Part shown: one piece after another, positions 20,664 through 29,747 of the stretch
Layout: every line of letters begins with the position of its first letter
Numbering within the stretch: the stretch's first letter is position 1
Source of the DNA: Caulobacterales bacterium
GTDB lineage: Bacteria > Pseudomonadota > Alphaproteobacteria > Caulobacterales > Hyphomonadaceae
NCBI GenBank assembly: GCA_038251755.1
Contig: JBBSAZ010000001.1
Location: 1-59,041 of the forward strand
Length of the DNA stretch: 59,041 bases
Reading direction: 5' to 3'
Program-made: the position numbers and the translations under genes
The notes under the pieces: generated by a model
Databases searched by the model: none
The model's input: only the letters and a program-made list of their open reading frames with translations
What the model was told of the DNA's origin: nothing

Positions 20664-23228
20664 ATGAGCGATAACAACGATCAAGGCAATTCCGGCGGGC
20701 GCAAGCCGCTGACCGTCGTGCGTAAGTCCGCCGGCACAGTGAAGCAGAGCTTCAGCCACGGCCGCTCCAAACAGGTAGTGGTCGAGACGAAGAAACGCCG
20801 GCCGGTGACGGCAGGCGGCACGCCGGCGGCTGGCCAGGCGGCAGATGCGCCAACCCCCGTCTCGGAATCGATGGAGGCGAAACTTGTCGCGCTAGCGTCG
20901 AAGCTGGGCATTACCGTTGCCGAGCTGAAAGCCCGTCAGAAGGTGTTGGAGCGCCGCAAGACCGAAGAGTCCGCGCGCGCCGAAGACCAGCAGAAGGAGA
21001 AGGCCTCTCAGGACCGTCTGCGCACCGAACAGGAGCGCAAGGCCCAGGAAGGCCGCGACCGCGACGGCGCGGAAGTGCAACGCAAGGCCGAGGAAGAGGC
21101 CCGCAAGATCGCCGAAGCGGCGCCGAAAGAGCATGCGGTCGAACGGCCCACCAAGGCGCGCCCGCGCGCCGAGGCCGCCTCGCCTGCAGCCGCCATTCCG
21201 GTTGAAGAAGAAGATGCCGGCCGCGTCAAACGCGGCGGCGGCGGCAAACCGGTCAAGGATGACCGCGGCGCCGGCGACCGTGCCCGTGAAGCCGCTGCCC
21301 GCAGCCGCGACACCGGTGCGCGCCGCCAGGGCAAGCTGACGATTGCGTCCGCCCTCGGCGACGATGCCGACCGACAGCGCTCCCTCGCCTCTGTCCGCCG
21401 CGCGCGCGAGCGCGAACGCGAACGCAAGATGGGCGGCGCCGGAGATCGCGACAAGGTTTCGATCGAAGTCACGCTTCCCGAAACCATCACGCTGCAGGAT
21501 CTTGCCGGCCGCATGAACGAACGCGTCGCCGACGTCGTGAAGTTCATGATCAAGGAAGGCCAGATGCTGCGCGGCAACGATATCGTTGACGCCGACACGG
21601 CCGAACTGATCGCATCTGAATTCGGGCACACGGTGAAACGTGTGTCGGAAGCCGACGTGGAAATCGGCCTCGAAGGCCTCGCCGACGACGATACCGATCT
21701 GCAACCGCGCGCCCCGATTGTGACGATCATGGGCCACGTTGACCACGGCAAGACCTCGCTGCTCGACGCGCTTCGCAAGACCGATGTGGTCTCGGGCGAA
21801 GCCGGCGGCATCACCCAGCATATCGGCGCCTACCAGGTTCAGCTGAAATCGGGCGAGCGGATTACCTTCCTCGACACGCCCGGCCACGCGGCCTTCACGG
21901 CGATGCGCGCCCGCGGCGCCAACGCCACGGATATCGCCATCCTCGTTGTGGCTGCCAATGACTCGGTCATGCCGCAGACGATTGAGTCCATCAATCACGC
22001 CAAGGCGGCCGGCGTCCCGATCATCGTGGCCGTTACCAAGACCGACCTCTATGATGCCAATGCGGACAAGGTGCTTACAGACCTCCTGCAGCACGACATC
22101 CAGGTTGAATCGATGGGCGGCGTGACGATCGCGGTCAAGGTTTCGGCCAAGACCGGCGAAGGTCTCGACGAACTCACCGACGCGATCTCGCTGCAGGCCG
22201 AAGTGCTCGAACTGAAAGCCAACCCGAACCGCGAAGCCGACGGCGTCGTGATCGAATCCAAACTCGACAAGGGCCGCGGCCCGGTCGCCACCGTGCTGAT
22301 CAAGCGCGGCACCCTGAAGCGCGGCGACATCGTCGTGGCCGGCGCCCAGTGGGGCAAGGTCCGCGCCCTCGTTGACGAGCGCGGCCAGCAGCTGGACGGC
22401 GCAGGCCCCTCGCTTCCGGTCGAAGTGCTCGGCATGGACGGCGCGCCGGATCCGGGGGAGCCGTTGGTGGTCGTCGACAGCGAAGCGCGTGCCCGCGAGA
22501 TCACGGAATACCGTATCCGGACGAAGCGTCAGGTGTCCGGCGGAGCAGGGGCTGCGGCCCGTGCCTCGCTCGATCAGCTGCTGCTGCGTCTCAAGGACGG
22601 CACCGTGGAAACCCGCGAACTGCCGATCGTTCTCAAGGCCGATGTCCAGGGCTCCGTCGAGGCGATCTCGATGTCGCTCGACAAGATCTCGACCGACGAA
22701 GTCCGCGCCAAGGTCATCCATGGCGCCGTCGGCGGAATTTCGGAATCCGATGTCCTGCTGGCCCGCTCGTCGAATGCGCCGATCTTTGCGTTCAACGTCC
22801 GCGCCAACAAGCAGGCGCGCGACCTCGCAGAGCGCGAAGGCGTGGAAATCCGCTACTATTCGGTGATCTACGACCTGCTCGACGACGTCAAATCGACCCT
22901 GTCGGGCATGCTCGCGCCGGAGAAGCGCGAAACCTTCCTTGGCTATGCAGACATCCTCGAAGTCTTCAACATCACGAAGGTCGGTAAGGTTGCCGGCTGC
23001 CGGATTTCCGAAGGCAAGGTGCTGCGGGGCTGCGGCGTGCGCCTGCTGCGCGACAACGTCGTCATCCACGAAGGCAAGCTCAAGACGCTCAAGCGCTTCA
23101 AGGACGAAGTGTCCGAAGTGGCGTCCGGCATGGAATGCGGCATGGCCTTTGAACGGTACGAAGACATTCGCACCGGCGACAAGATCGAATGCTTCCAGGT
23201 AGAGGAAATCGCAAGGACGCTCGCCTAG
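20664..23228 (+). CDS. infB: Translation initiation factor IF-2
   Basis: [39 protein letters not shown]. Confidence 0.99.
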   Translation: MSDNNDQGNSGGRKPLTVVRKSAGTVKQSFSHGRSKQVVVETKKRRPVTAGGTPAAGQAADAPTPVSESMEAKLVALASKLGITVAELKARQKVLERRKTEESARAEDQQKEKASQDRLRTEQERKAQEGRDRDGAEVQRKAEEEARKIAEAAPKEHAVERPTKARPRAEAASPAAAIPVEEEDAGRVKRGGGGKPVKDDRGAGDRAREAAARSRDTGARRQGKLTIASALGDDADRQRSLASVRRARERERERKMGGAGDRDKVSIEVTLPETITLQDLAGRMNERVADVVKFMIKEGQMLRGNDIVDADTAELIASEFGHTVKRVSEADVEIGLEGLADDDTDLQPRAPIVTIMGHVDHGKTSLLDALRKTDVVSGEAGGITQHIGAYQVQLKSGERITFLDTPGHAAFTAMRARGANATDIAILVVAANDSVMPQTIESINHAKAAGVPIIVAVTKTDLYDANADKVLTDLLQHDIQVESMGGVTIAVKVSAKTGEGLDELTDAISLQAEVLELKANPNREADGVVIESKLDKGRGPVATVLIKRGTLKRGDIVVAGAQWGKVRALVDERGQQLDGAGPSLPVEVLGMDGAPDPGEPLVVVDSEARAREITEYRIRTKRQVSGGAGAAARASLDQLLLRLKDGTVETRELPIVLKADVQGSVEAISMSLDKISTDEVRAKVIHGAVGGISESDVLLARSSNAPIFAFNVRANKQARDLAEREGVEIRYYSVIYDLLDDVKSTLSGMLAPEKRETFLGYADILEVFNITKVGKVAGCRISEGKVLRGCGVRLLRDNVVIHEGKLKTLKRFKDEVSEVASGMECGMAFERYEDIRTGDKIECFQVEEIARTLA

Positions 23229-23237
23229 TCTGGCCGC

Positions 23238-23765
23238 ATGAGCGAACCCCTGGCGGTATCCGGCCGGCTGACAAGCCGTGATCTCAAGCGGCTGGTCCGG
23301 GTCAGCCGGACCGGCACAATCGGGCCGACCGCGCTTTACTATGCGGGCGTGACCGCGCCGATCATTTCGGCCAGCGTGGCCCTGCTGGCGAAGGATCTGG
23401 GGCGCTCGCTCGGCTGGGACACGCTGCTGCAATTCCTGGTCTCGGCCAATCTGGCTGCCTTTGCGGGCGTTGCGTGGTATCTCATCTTCATGCGCTGGTC
23501 TTATCGCAACCGCCCCGGGCGCGGCACCGAACTCAGTCTCGACACGCAGGTGACGGCGACGGAGGAATGCCTTTCCGTCCGCCGCGGTCCGGTTGAAACC
23601 CGCGTCGGGTGGTCCGGAATCCGCAAGGTGACCGCAGGGCCGGGGCATCTCGCGGTCTTCATCGAGGGCGCCGACACGCTGATCATCCCGAACGTCTGGT
23701 TCGGCAATGACCCGGCGCGCCGGACCGCCTTCACCGAATTTGTCACTTCAAGGGTAAGCCACTGA
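23238..23765 (+). CDS. Membrane protein, YcxB-like
   Basis: Two TM segments then a beta-rich tail (VGWSGI..LIIP); stop overlaps rbfA start. Confidence 0.6.
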   Translation: MSEPLAVSGRLTSRDLKRLVRVSRTGTIGPTALYYAGVTAPIISASVALLAKDLGRSLGWDTLLQFLVSANLAAFAGVAWYLIFMRWSYRNRPGRGTELSLDTQVTATEECLSVRRGPVETRVGWSGIRKVTAGPGHLAVFIEGADTLIIPNVWFGNDPARRTAFTEFVTSRVSH

Positions 23766-24166
23766 TGGCCAAGAAACCTTCGACCCCCGGTCTTCCGTCG
23801 CAGCGCCAGTTGCGCGCCGGAGAGATTATCCGCCATGCCCTCGCCGATGTCATCGCGCGGGAAGACCTGCGCGATCCGGAACTCAACGGCGTGCTGGTCA
23901 CGGTGGGCGAAGTGCGTTGTTCGCCGGACCTGCGCCGCGCCAAGGTCTACGTCACCCCGCTGGGCGACGATTCCGAAGAAGGCCGCGCCCGCCTCGCCGG
24001 CGCGTTGAACCGTGCGGCCGCTTTCCTGCGCGGGCGTCTGGGGCGCGAGATCGACCTGAAGTTCACGCCGGAGCTGCACTTCATCGCCGACAAGTCCTAT
24101 GACGAGGCCACCGCCATCGACAAGCTGCTGTCTGATCCGCGCGTCCGCCGCGACGTCGAGGGCTGA
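23765..24166 (+). CDS. rbfA: Ribosome-binding factor A
   Basis: SQRQLRAGE, SPDLRRAKVY, LKFTPELHF. Confidence 0.96.
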   Translation: MAKKPSTPGLPSQRQLRAGEIIRHALADVIAREDLRDPELNGVLVTVGEVRCSPDLRRAKVYVTPLGDDSEEGRARLAGALNRAAAFLRGRLGREIDLKFTPELHFIADKSYDEATAIDKLLSDPRVRRDVEG

Positions 24167-24271
24167 GCGCGGCGGCGCATTTGCCGCGTTTCTGCCTTGA
24201 TGCTTTGTCATTTGACAGGTCTTCGCCCAGTATCGACACGAACACTGCGCAAGAAGCCGGGGAACCAGGGC

Positions 24272-24883
24272 ATGCAACGCCAGACCATTGACGAGGAAGG
24301 TGCCCGCCAGGGCGAAGTCTCGGCTGCGTCCTTGCAGCTGGGTGACGACACGATCGCCATCCGCCGCATTGCGACCATGACCGTCGAGCGGCATGATTTC
24401 TTTCCCTGGGACACGCCGGCGAACCGGAAAACCCAGAGCGTCTACGCGACCGCCTGTGTCGGTTTCCTGTTCTTCGGCCTCGCCGGGTTTGCCTGGTGGG
24501 CGATCCGCCCGGCACAAGGCGACGGCGTGATCGGTCTGATGATCGGCGCCCTCCTGATGCTGCTCGGCCTGTTCCTCGGTGTGCGCGCCGCGATGATCGC
24601 GATGAAGCTGAAGAAGCAGGAGCCCTATTACCGCCTCCTGATCGGCACGTCGGATGGCCGCCAGATCCCGCTGGTCGACAACAACCGCGAAGTGCTGACC
24701 AAGATCCGCGACGTGATCCGCCACAAGCTGGATTCCGGCGACACGTCGATCACGGGTGACTTCGACCTCAACCTCGACATCGTCAACCTTCGCCTGCCGA
24801 AAGGCGCCGGCGCTGCGCCGGTGCGCCCGGCGGCGGCCGATGTTCTGGACGAAGAGGAAGACGCGCCGCCCGCCAATCCCTGA
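24272..24883 (+). CDS. Hypothetical two-TM membrane protein (DUF6232-like)
   Basis: GC3-biased ORF with two hydrophobic helices and YYRLLIGTSDG; family call tentative. Confidence 0.65.
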   Translation: MQRQTIDEEGARQGEVSAASLQLGDDTIAIRRIATMTVERHDFFPWDTPANRKTQSVYATACVGFLFFGLAGFAWWAIRPAQGDGVIGLMIGALLMLLGLFLGVRAAMIAMKLKKQEPYYRLLIGTSDGRQIPLVDNNREVLTKIRDVIRHKLDSGDTSITGDFDLNLDIVNLRLPKGAGAAPVRPAAADVLDEEEDAPPANP

Positions 24884-25009
24884 CCCTGCCGGGCGCGGCC
24901 CACAGCCGCATGGATTGACGCGGACCGCCCGCAGCAGATATGCGGCGCCCTTCAGTATCAGGTCCAGACGCGCGTTCGACCCGCGCGCCCGGAGCATTTG
25001 GAGAATACC

Positions 25010-25951
25010 TTGTCCCGCCAGAGAAAACGCAAAGGCGAGCCTGTCACGGGCTGGCTGAACCTGTTCAAGCCCGTCGACATGACTTCGACACAGGCTGTCG
25101 CGATCATCAAGCGCCTGTTCAATGCCGAGAAGGTCGGCCATGGCGGCACGCTCGATCCGCTGGCGGACGGTATCCTTCCGGTCGCGCTGGGCGAGGCAAC
25201 GAAGACCGTCCAATGGGCGATGGATTCGCAGAAGGAATACGTCTTCACCATCCGCTGGGGCATCTCCACCGCCAGTCAGGATGCCGAAGCCGAGGTGACC
25301 GCCACGTCCGACGTGCGTCCGCCGCGCGAAGAGGTCGAAGCGGCCCTGACGAAGTACATCGGCACGATAAGACAGGTCCCGCCGAAATTCTCCGCCATCA
25401 AGGTGGCGGGCGAGCGGGCTTATGACCTTGCCCGGGGCGGGGAAGTGTTCGAGCTGGAAGCGCGCGAGGTCGATGTCCACGCCGCCAAGGTGATCGGTAT
25501 GCCGGATGCGGATCATTCGGTGATCCATGTTGTCTCCGGCAAAGGCTTCTACGTCCGCGCCATGGCGCGTGACATGGCCGCCGACCTCGGTGCGGAGGGG
25601 CATATCAGCCAGTTGCGGCGCACACGCGTCGGTGCGTTTGATGCCGCCGGGGCGGTGTCGGTTGCAGACCTTCAGGCGCTGGCCGATGACCGGGACGCGC
25701 TGTTCGCAAACTTGAAGCCGCTGCACGCCGTGCTGAATGCGATGCCCCATCTTCAGGTTACCGCGAACGATGCCGGCAATTTGCGGCAGGGACGCACGAT
25801 CATGCTGCTGCCGCATGTCATCGAAGGCTGGCGCGCCGGGCGCACGGAGGATGACGACCGGATGGCGCTGGCGATTGCGGGCGATGATGCGGTGGCGCTC
25901 GGCGAAGTTCGGGCCGGGCATTTCGAACCGGTGCGGGTGTTTGCGGTTTAG
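25010..25951 (+). CDS. truB: tRNA pseudouridine(55) synthase
   Basis: KVGHGGTLDPLADGILP, QVPPKFSAIK, GKGFYVR; TTG start after GGAG. Confidence 0.97.
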   Translation: MSRQRKRKGEPVTGWLNLFKPVDMTSTQAVAIIKRLFNAEKVGHGGTLDPLADGILPVALGEATKTVQWAMDSQKEYVFTIRWGISTASQDAEAEVTATSDVRPPREEVEAALTKYIGTIRQVPPKFSAIKVAGERAYDLARGGEVFELEAREVDVHAAKVIGMPDADHSVIHVVSGKGFYVRAMARDMAADLGAEGHISQLRRTRVGAFDAAGAVSVADLQALADDRDALFANLKPLHAVLNAMPHLQVTANDAGNLRQGRTIMLLPHVIEGWRAGRTEDDDRMALAIAGDDAVALGEVRAGHFEPVRVFAV

Positions 25952-26283
25952 GTTTTGTCCGTGTCCGGCCATTTGAGCGCCCAGGAATAAAGCGCGATCA
26001 GGACCCCGCGCAGCGCGAGGCCCTTTTCCGTGAGAACGTACCGGGGGCGGGCGTCCCCGGCCTCCTTCAGCTTTTCCAGAATACCGTGCTGCACCAGCTC
26101 CTTGAGCCGCTCATCCAGCAACCGGTCACTCAGGCCTGGAATGACCGCAGCAATTTCGGCGAAACGTGAGCGTCCGTTGAAAATCGCATAGATGATCGCA
26201 CCCGTCCATTTGCGGCCAACCAGTTCGGATGCCGCGTGGAATTCGGGGCTGAACGGGCCATGCCCAAACCCTGGATTTTTCAT
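25948..26283 (-). CDS. HxlR/DUF24 winged-helix regulator
   Basis: LVGRKW, RFAEI, LSDRLLDERLKEL, YVLTEKG. Confidence 0.9.
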   Translation of the reverse strand: MKNPGFGHGPFSPEFHAASELVGRKWTGAIIYAIFNGRSRFAEIAAVIPGLSDRLLDERLKELVQHGILEKLKEAGDARPRYVLTEKGLALRGVLIALYSWALKWPDTDKT

Positions 26284-26357
26284 CTCGACTCTTTCCTGGG
26301 CAGGCCATCAAACCAGCGTCTCTGGAATCATCAACAGACTAGACCGGAAGGCCATTG

Positions 26358-26374
26358 ACTAACTAAAAGTAAGT
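26358..26374. promoter_or_regulatory. Inverted repeat ACTAAC-N5-GTAAGT overlapping TTGACT; probable HxlR operator
   Basis: AT-rich dyad in the divergent gap between the regulator and the hydrolase. Confidence 0.5.
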
Positions 26375-26407
26375 CTTAGTTGTATCCTCAGCACAAAGGA
26401 TCAGCAC

Positions 26408-27037
26408 ATGAACATCAATGAACTTACAATCGAAAACTCGGTTCTCTGCCTGATCGACCATCAGCCCTGGGTCGCTTTCCCCATTCACTCCATCGCTCCG
26501 GAAATGCTCACCAACAATGTCACCGCTCTGGCGCGAACCGCAGCCGCCGTCGGTGTACCGGTGATCCTGACGACCATCAACGCCGAAGGCGGCCCCTTGA
26601 GGGACCCTCTCTTTTCATCCGTCACAGCTGCCGTCCCGGACGTTCAGCCGATTGACCGTCACGTGACCAACGCCTGGGCCGACGCGCAGTTCAGGGCGGC
26701 GGTGGAAGACACGGGGCGGCGCAAGCTGGTGATGGCGGGGCTCTGGACGGAAGTGTGCCTTGCCCAGACCGCCCTGTCCGCCCTGAAGGCCGGCTATGAC
26801 GTCTACTTCGTCGCGGACGCATCCGGGGGCCTCTCGCCCGAAGCGCATGACCGCGCCTGCCAGCGCATGATCCAGGCCGGCGCGCGTCCCATGACATGGT
26901 TCGCTGTGCTGGCGGAATGGTGCCCGGACAATCAGGACCCGGTTTACCAGAAAACTTTTCCCGTCGCGCTCGACCATGGCGGCGGCGTTGCGTGGGCGGT
27001 GCAATACGTCATGGCAAATCTCCCGCGCACGGCCTGA
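26408..27037 (+). CDS. Isochorismatase-family cysteine hydrolase (YcaC-like)
   Basis: LIDHQP, NAW, AGLWTEVC, VADASGG. Confidence 0.92.
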   Translation: MNINELTIENSVLCLIDHQPWVAFPIHSIAPEMLTNNVTALARTAAAVGVPVILTTINAEGGPLRDPLFSSVTAAVPDVQPIDRHVTNAWADAQFRAAVEDTGRRKLVMAGLWTEVCLAQTALSALKAGYDVYFVADASGGLSPEAHDRACQRMIQAGARPMTWFAVLAEWCPDNQDPVYQKTFPVALDHGGGVAWAVQYVMANLPRTA

Positions 27038-27042
27038 GCCCG

Positions 27043-28083
27043 TCAGAGCGTCGCCATGTCGATGACGAAGCGGTACTTCACGTCGCCTTTGACCACGCGG
27101 TCATAGGCGGGGTTCACGTCCTTCATGTCGATCAGTTCGATATCGCAGACGATGTTATGCTCCGCGCAGAAATCGAGCATCTCCTGCGTCTCCGCGATAC
27201 CGCCGATGCCGGAACCCGCGATGCTGCGGCGGTTGGCCAGCAGCAGGCCGCCATGCATTTCTTCCAGCGGCTCGATCGCGCCGACGATGACCATGGTGCC
27301 ATTGCGCGCGAGCAGGCCGAGATAGGGATTGAGGTCGTGCTTCACCGGCACGGTGTTGAGCAGGAAATCGAAACTGCCCCGGTGGGCTTTCATTTGTTCA
27401 CGGTCATTCGAGACCAGCACATCGGAGACGCCGAGGCGGCGGGCATCCGCGCCCTTCTCCGGCGAGGTGGTGATCATCACGGTCTCGCAGCCCATCGCCA
27501 CGGCGAACTTGATGCCCATATGGCCAAGCCCGCCGAGACCGATGACGCCGACCTTGTCGCCTTTCGAGACGGCCCAGTGTTTCAGCGGCGACCAGCTGGT
27601 GATGCCGGCGCAGAGCAGGGGCGCGGCAGCGGCGGGGTCGAGCTTCTCGGAGATCTTCAACACGAAACTGTCGCGCACGACGATCTGTTTGGAATAGCCG
27701 CCATAGGTCGGCCCGCCGATCACCGGTTCGGTGCCGCCATAGGTGCCGACGGAGCCCTTCTCGCAATACTGCTCGTCGCCGTCATGGCAGGCGGGGCATT
27801 TGAGGCAGGCGTCCACCAGGCAGCCAACGCCGACAAGATCGCCGACCTTGTGCTTCGTCACCTTCGGGCCGATGGCGCTGACGCGGCCGACAATCTCGTG
27901 GCCCGGTACGAAGGGATATTTGGCGCGGCCCCATTCGTTGCGGGCCGAGTGGATGTCGCTATGGCAGATGCCGCAATGGGTGATGTCGATGAGGACGTCA
28001 TCGGGCTGCAGGTCGCGGCGGGTGATCTCGAAGGGCTTCAGGGGGTCGGTGGGGCCCTCAGTGGCATAGGCGGCGACTTGCAT
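27043..28083 (-). CDS. NADP-dependent Zn alcohol dehydrogenase (cinnamyl-ADH/YahK-like)
   Basis: CGICHSD, PGHEIVG, CxxCxxC cluster, GLGGLGHMG, VKYRFVID. Confidence 0.95.
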   Translation of the reverse strand: MQVAAYATEGPTDPLKPFEITRRDLQPDDVLIDITHCGICHSDIHSARNEWGRAKYPFVPGHEIVGRVSAIGPKVTKHKVGDLVGVGCLVDACLKCPACHDGDEQYCEKGSVGTYGGTEPVIGGPTYGGYSKQIVVRDSFVLKISEKLDPAAAAPLLCAGITSWSPLKHWAVSKGDKVGVIGLGGLGHMGIKFAVAMGCETVMITTSPEKGADARRLGVSDVLVSNDREQMKAHRGSFDFLLNTVPVKHDLNPYLGLLARNGTMVIVGAIEPLEEMHGGLLLANRRSIAGSGIGGIAETQEMLDFCAEHNIVCDIELIDMKDVNPAYDRVVKGDVKYRFVIDMATL

Positions 28084-28199
28084 GGTGTTGTCTCTCCCGG
28101 GTTTATCCCAACGTTTCACCGGGGCGAGGGGAAGTCCAGAGGCGGGCGGGGTGCGCGCCCCTCTGCCATGGGAGTTTAGGGTAATTTGGCTATGTTTTT

Positions 28200-28611
28200 C
28201 ATGGATCCGTGGGCGGAGGTGTTGCGGAAGGTTTGGGGGCGGATTTCATAATGGCTTGACGGGGTTGGGTTTTATTTTTTTGCGTCCCCGTTTTTGTAGG
28301 CGCAAGTCCTCCCGCTGCGTTCACAGGCGGCCTCAGCCTGTTGCAGGCTTTGTATTCCGGATGTCGATTCTTTCTCATTGATTCTCATTCTTTATCACTT
28401 GGTATCGAACGGCTATCGGCTGCTCTCGGGGTGTCGGATTTCGGCCTGGGGCCTTTGTCCGACCTACGGTGTGGGGGGGAGCTGAGTGTAACCCCGCGCG
28501 CAGGGGTGTGGCGCAAGGTTTCCGGAGAAATCTTTCATTCGCTTGAGGCGGCTCAGGATTTTGTTTCCGGAGGGGGCGGATTTGGTTGCACAAGCCGAGC
28601 TGCCACCTCCC
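28200..28611. repeat. Dispersed ~410-nt structured intergenic repeat, copy 2 (same orientation as 1661-2083)
   Basis: Colinear with copy 1; core at 28365-28408. Confidence 0.9.
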
Positions 28612-28620
28612 CGGTGCCTA

Positions 28621-28643
28621 TCCTTCGACTTCGCTCAGGATGA
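28621..28643. repeat. Short REP-like palindrome TCCTTCGACTTCGCTCAGGATGA
   Basis: Resembles a widespread short intergenic repeat (TCATCCTGAGCGAAGTCGAAGGA on minus), from recall; single copy in the window. Confidence 0.45.
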
Positions 28644-28698
28644 GCTGCATCAAGGACGCGCGGTGCGGGTCATTTGCCCGCCGCTCCAAGGCAAGGGC

Positions 28699-29166
28699 TC
28701 AGCCCGTCTTGCCCGCCTCCAGCACTGCGCGCGTGACGCGCAGGATGCGGCTCGCGATGCGCACCTCGATGTAGAAGGAGATCAGCGCGACGACGAGCAG
28801 CAGCATCGAGACGACAAACAGGAGCGAGACGGCGGCCGCGACCGGCACGGCGATCAGCTGGCCGGTGAACAGCAGGATGATGACGAGGCAGATCATCAGC
28901 GCGGCCAGGGTGCAGAGGCCGATGGCGCGGTGGATGTGCACCATGCGCCGGTCCAGCACGCCGAGTTCGGTATGGTGGAGGCGGCGGGATGTCTCGTCAT
29001 CCTTGGCGAGGCCCTCCTCCAGCGCCCGCCAGCGGTCCACGACACGGGCGAGGCGGTTCGCCATCACGTTCAGCAGCGCGCCGATGCCGGCCAGCGTGAA
29101 CACCGGCGCGATGGCCAGCTGGATGATGTGGGCAATGTCGGAGGGGAGGGGCGTGATTTCGGGCAT
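28699..29166 (-). CDS. DUF2721 family membrane protein
   Basis: IQLAIAPVF.LAGIGALLNV..NRLARVVDR.R and three TM segments. Confidence 0.85.
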   Translation of the reverse strand: MPEITPLPSDIAHIIQLAIAPVFTLAGIGALLNVMANRLARVVDRWRALEEGLAKDDETSRRLHHTELGVLDRRMVHIHRAIGLCTLAALMICLVIILLFTGQLIAVPVAAAVSLLFVVSMLLLVVALISFYIEVRIASRILRVTRAVLEAGKTG

Positions 29167-29284
29167 GGGGAGGGTCCGGGGCGATTCTTTGCGGACTCTA
29201 CCCGGTTTGCCGCCGGAATCACCCCAAGCCCTTCCCATTCCCCCCCATTTGAGTCATAAGCCCGTTTTTGGGGTGGAAGCTTGT

Positions 29285-29411
29285 CTTCTGACCCTGCTGG
29301 ACGACATCCCGGCCGTGGCCACCTGTACAGGTCCGCTCCCAAAAAAACCCCGCCAATTCAGGCGATTAATGAACCCAGCGCCTGCGGGCGTGTTGCAAGA
29401 AGGCATATCCG
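29285..29411 (+). promoter_or_regulatory. Putative S15 autoregulatory leader RNA (alphaproteobacterial type)
   Basis: GCTGGACGACATCCCGGCC (29296-29314) in the rpsO 5' UTR, recalled as conserved in alphaproteobacteria; boundaries approximate. Confidence 0.55.
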
Positions 29412-29681
29412 ATGTCGATTACCGCTGAACACAAGCAAGAGCTTATCAAGAAGTTCGCCACGAAACCGGGCGATACGGGCTCGCCGGAAGTCCAGGTTGC
29501 GATCCTCACGGCCCGCATCAATGGCCTGACGGACCACTTCAAGGCCAACAAGAAAGACAACCATTCCCGCCGGGGCCTGCTGACCATGGTCGCCACCCGC
29601 CGGAAGCTCCTTGATTACGTCAAGGGCAAGGATGAGGCGCGCTACACCGCTCTCATCACGGAACTCGGCATCCGCCGCTAG
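29412..29681 (+). CDS. rpsO: 30S ribosomal protein S15
   Basis: [24 protein letters not shown]. Confidence 0.99.
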   Translation: MSITAEHKQELIKKFATKPGDTGSPEVQVAILTARINGLTDHFKANKKDNHSRRGLLTMVATRRKLLDYVKGKDEARYTALITELGIRR

Positions 29682-29690
29682 TTCCAAAAC

Positions 29691-29725
29691 AAGCCCGCCA
29701 GGCAATAGGGCCATGGCGGGCTTTT
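29691..29725 (+). terminator. Terminator/processing hairpin between rpsO and pnp
   Basis: AAGCCCGCCA...TGGCGGGCTTTT. Confidence 0.65.
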
Positions 29726-29747
29726 CGTATGTGAAAGAAAGACAGAC

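Noticed and set aside
20892-23648. 918-aa antisense ORF opposite infB (also 18019-19971, 23501-25972, 30714-32771, 55435-57120 and others)
   Set aside because: Shadow ORFs expected from high GC3 bias opposite well-supported genes; no recognisable motifs
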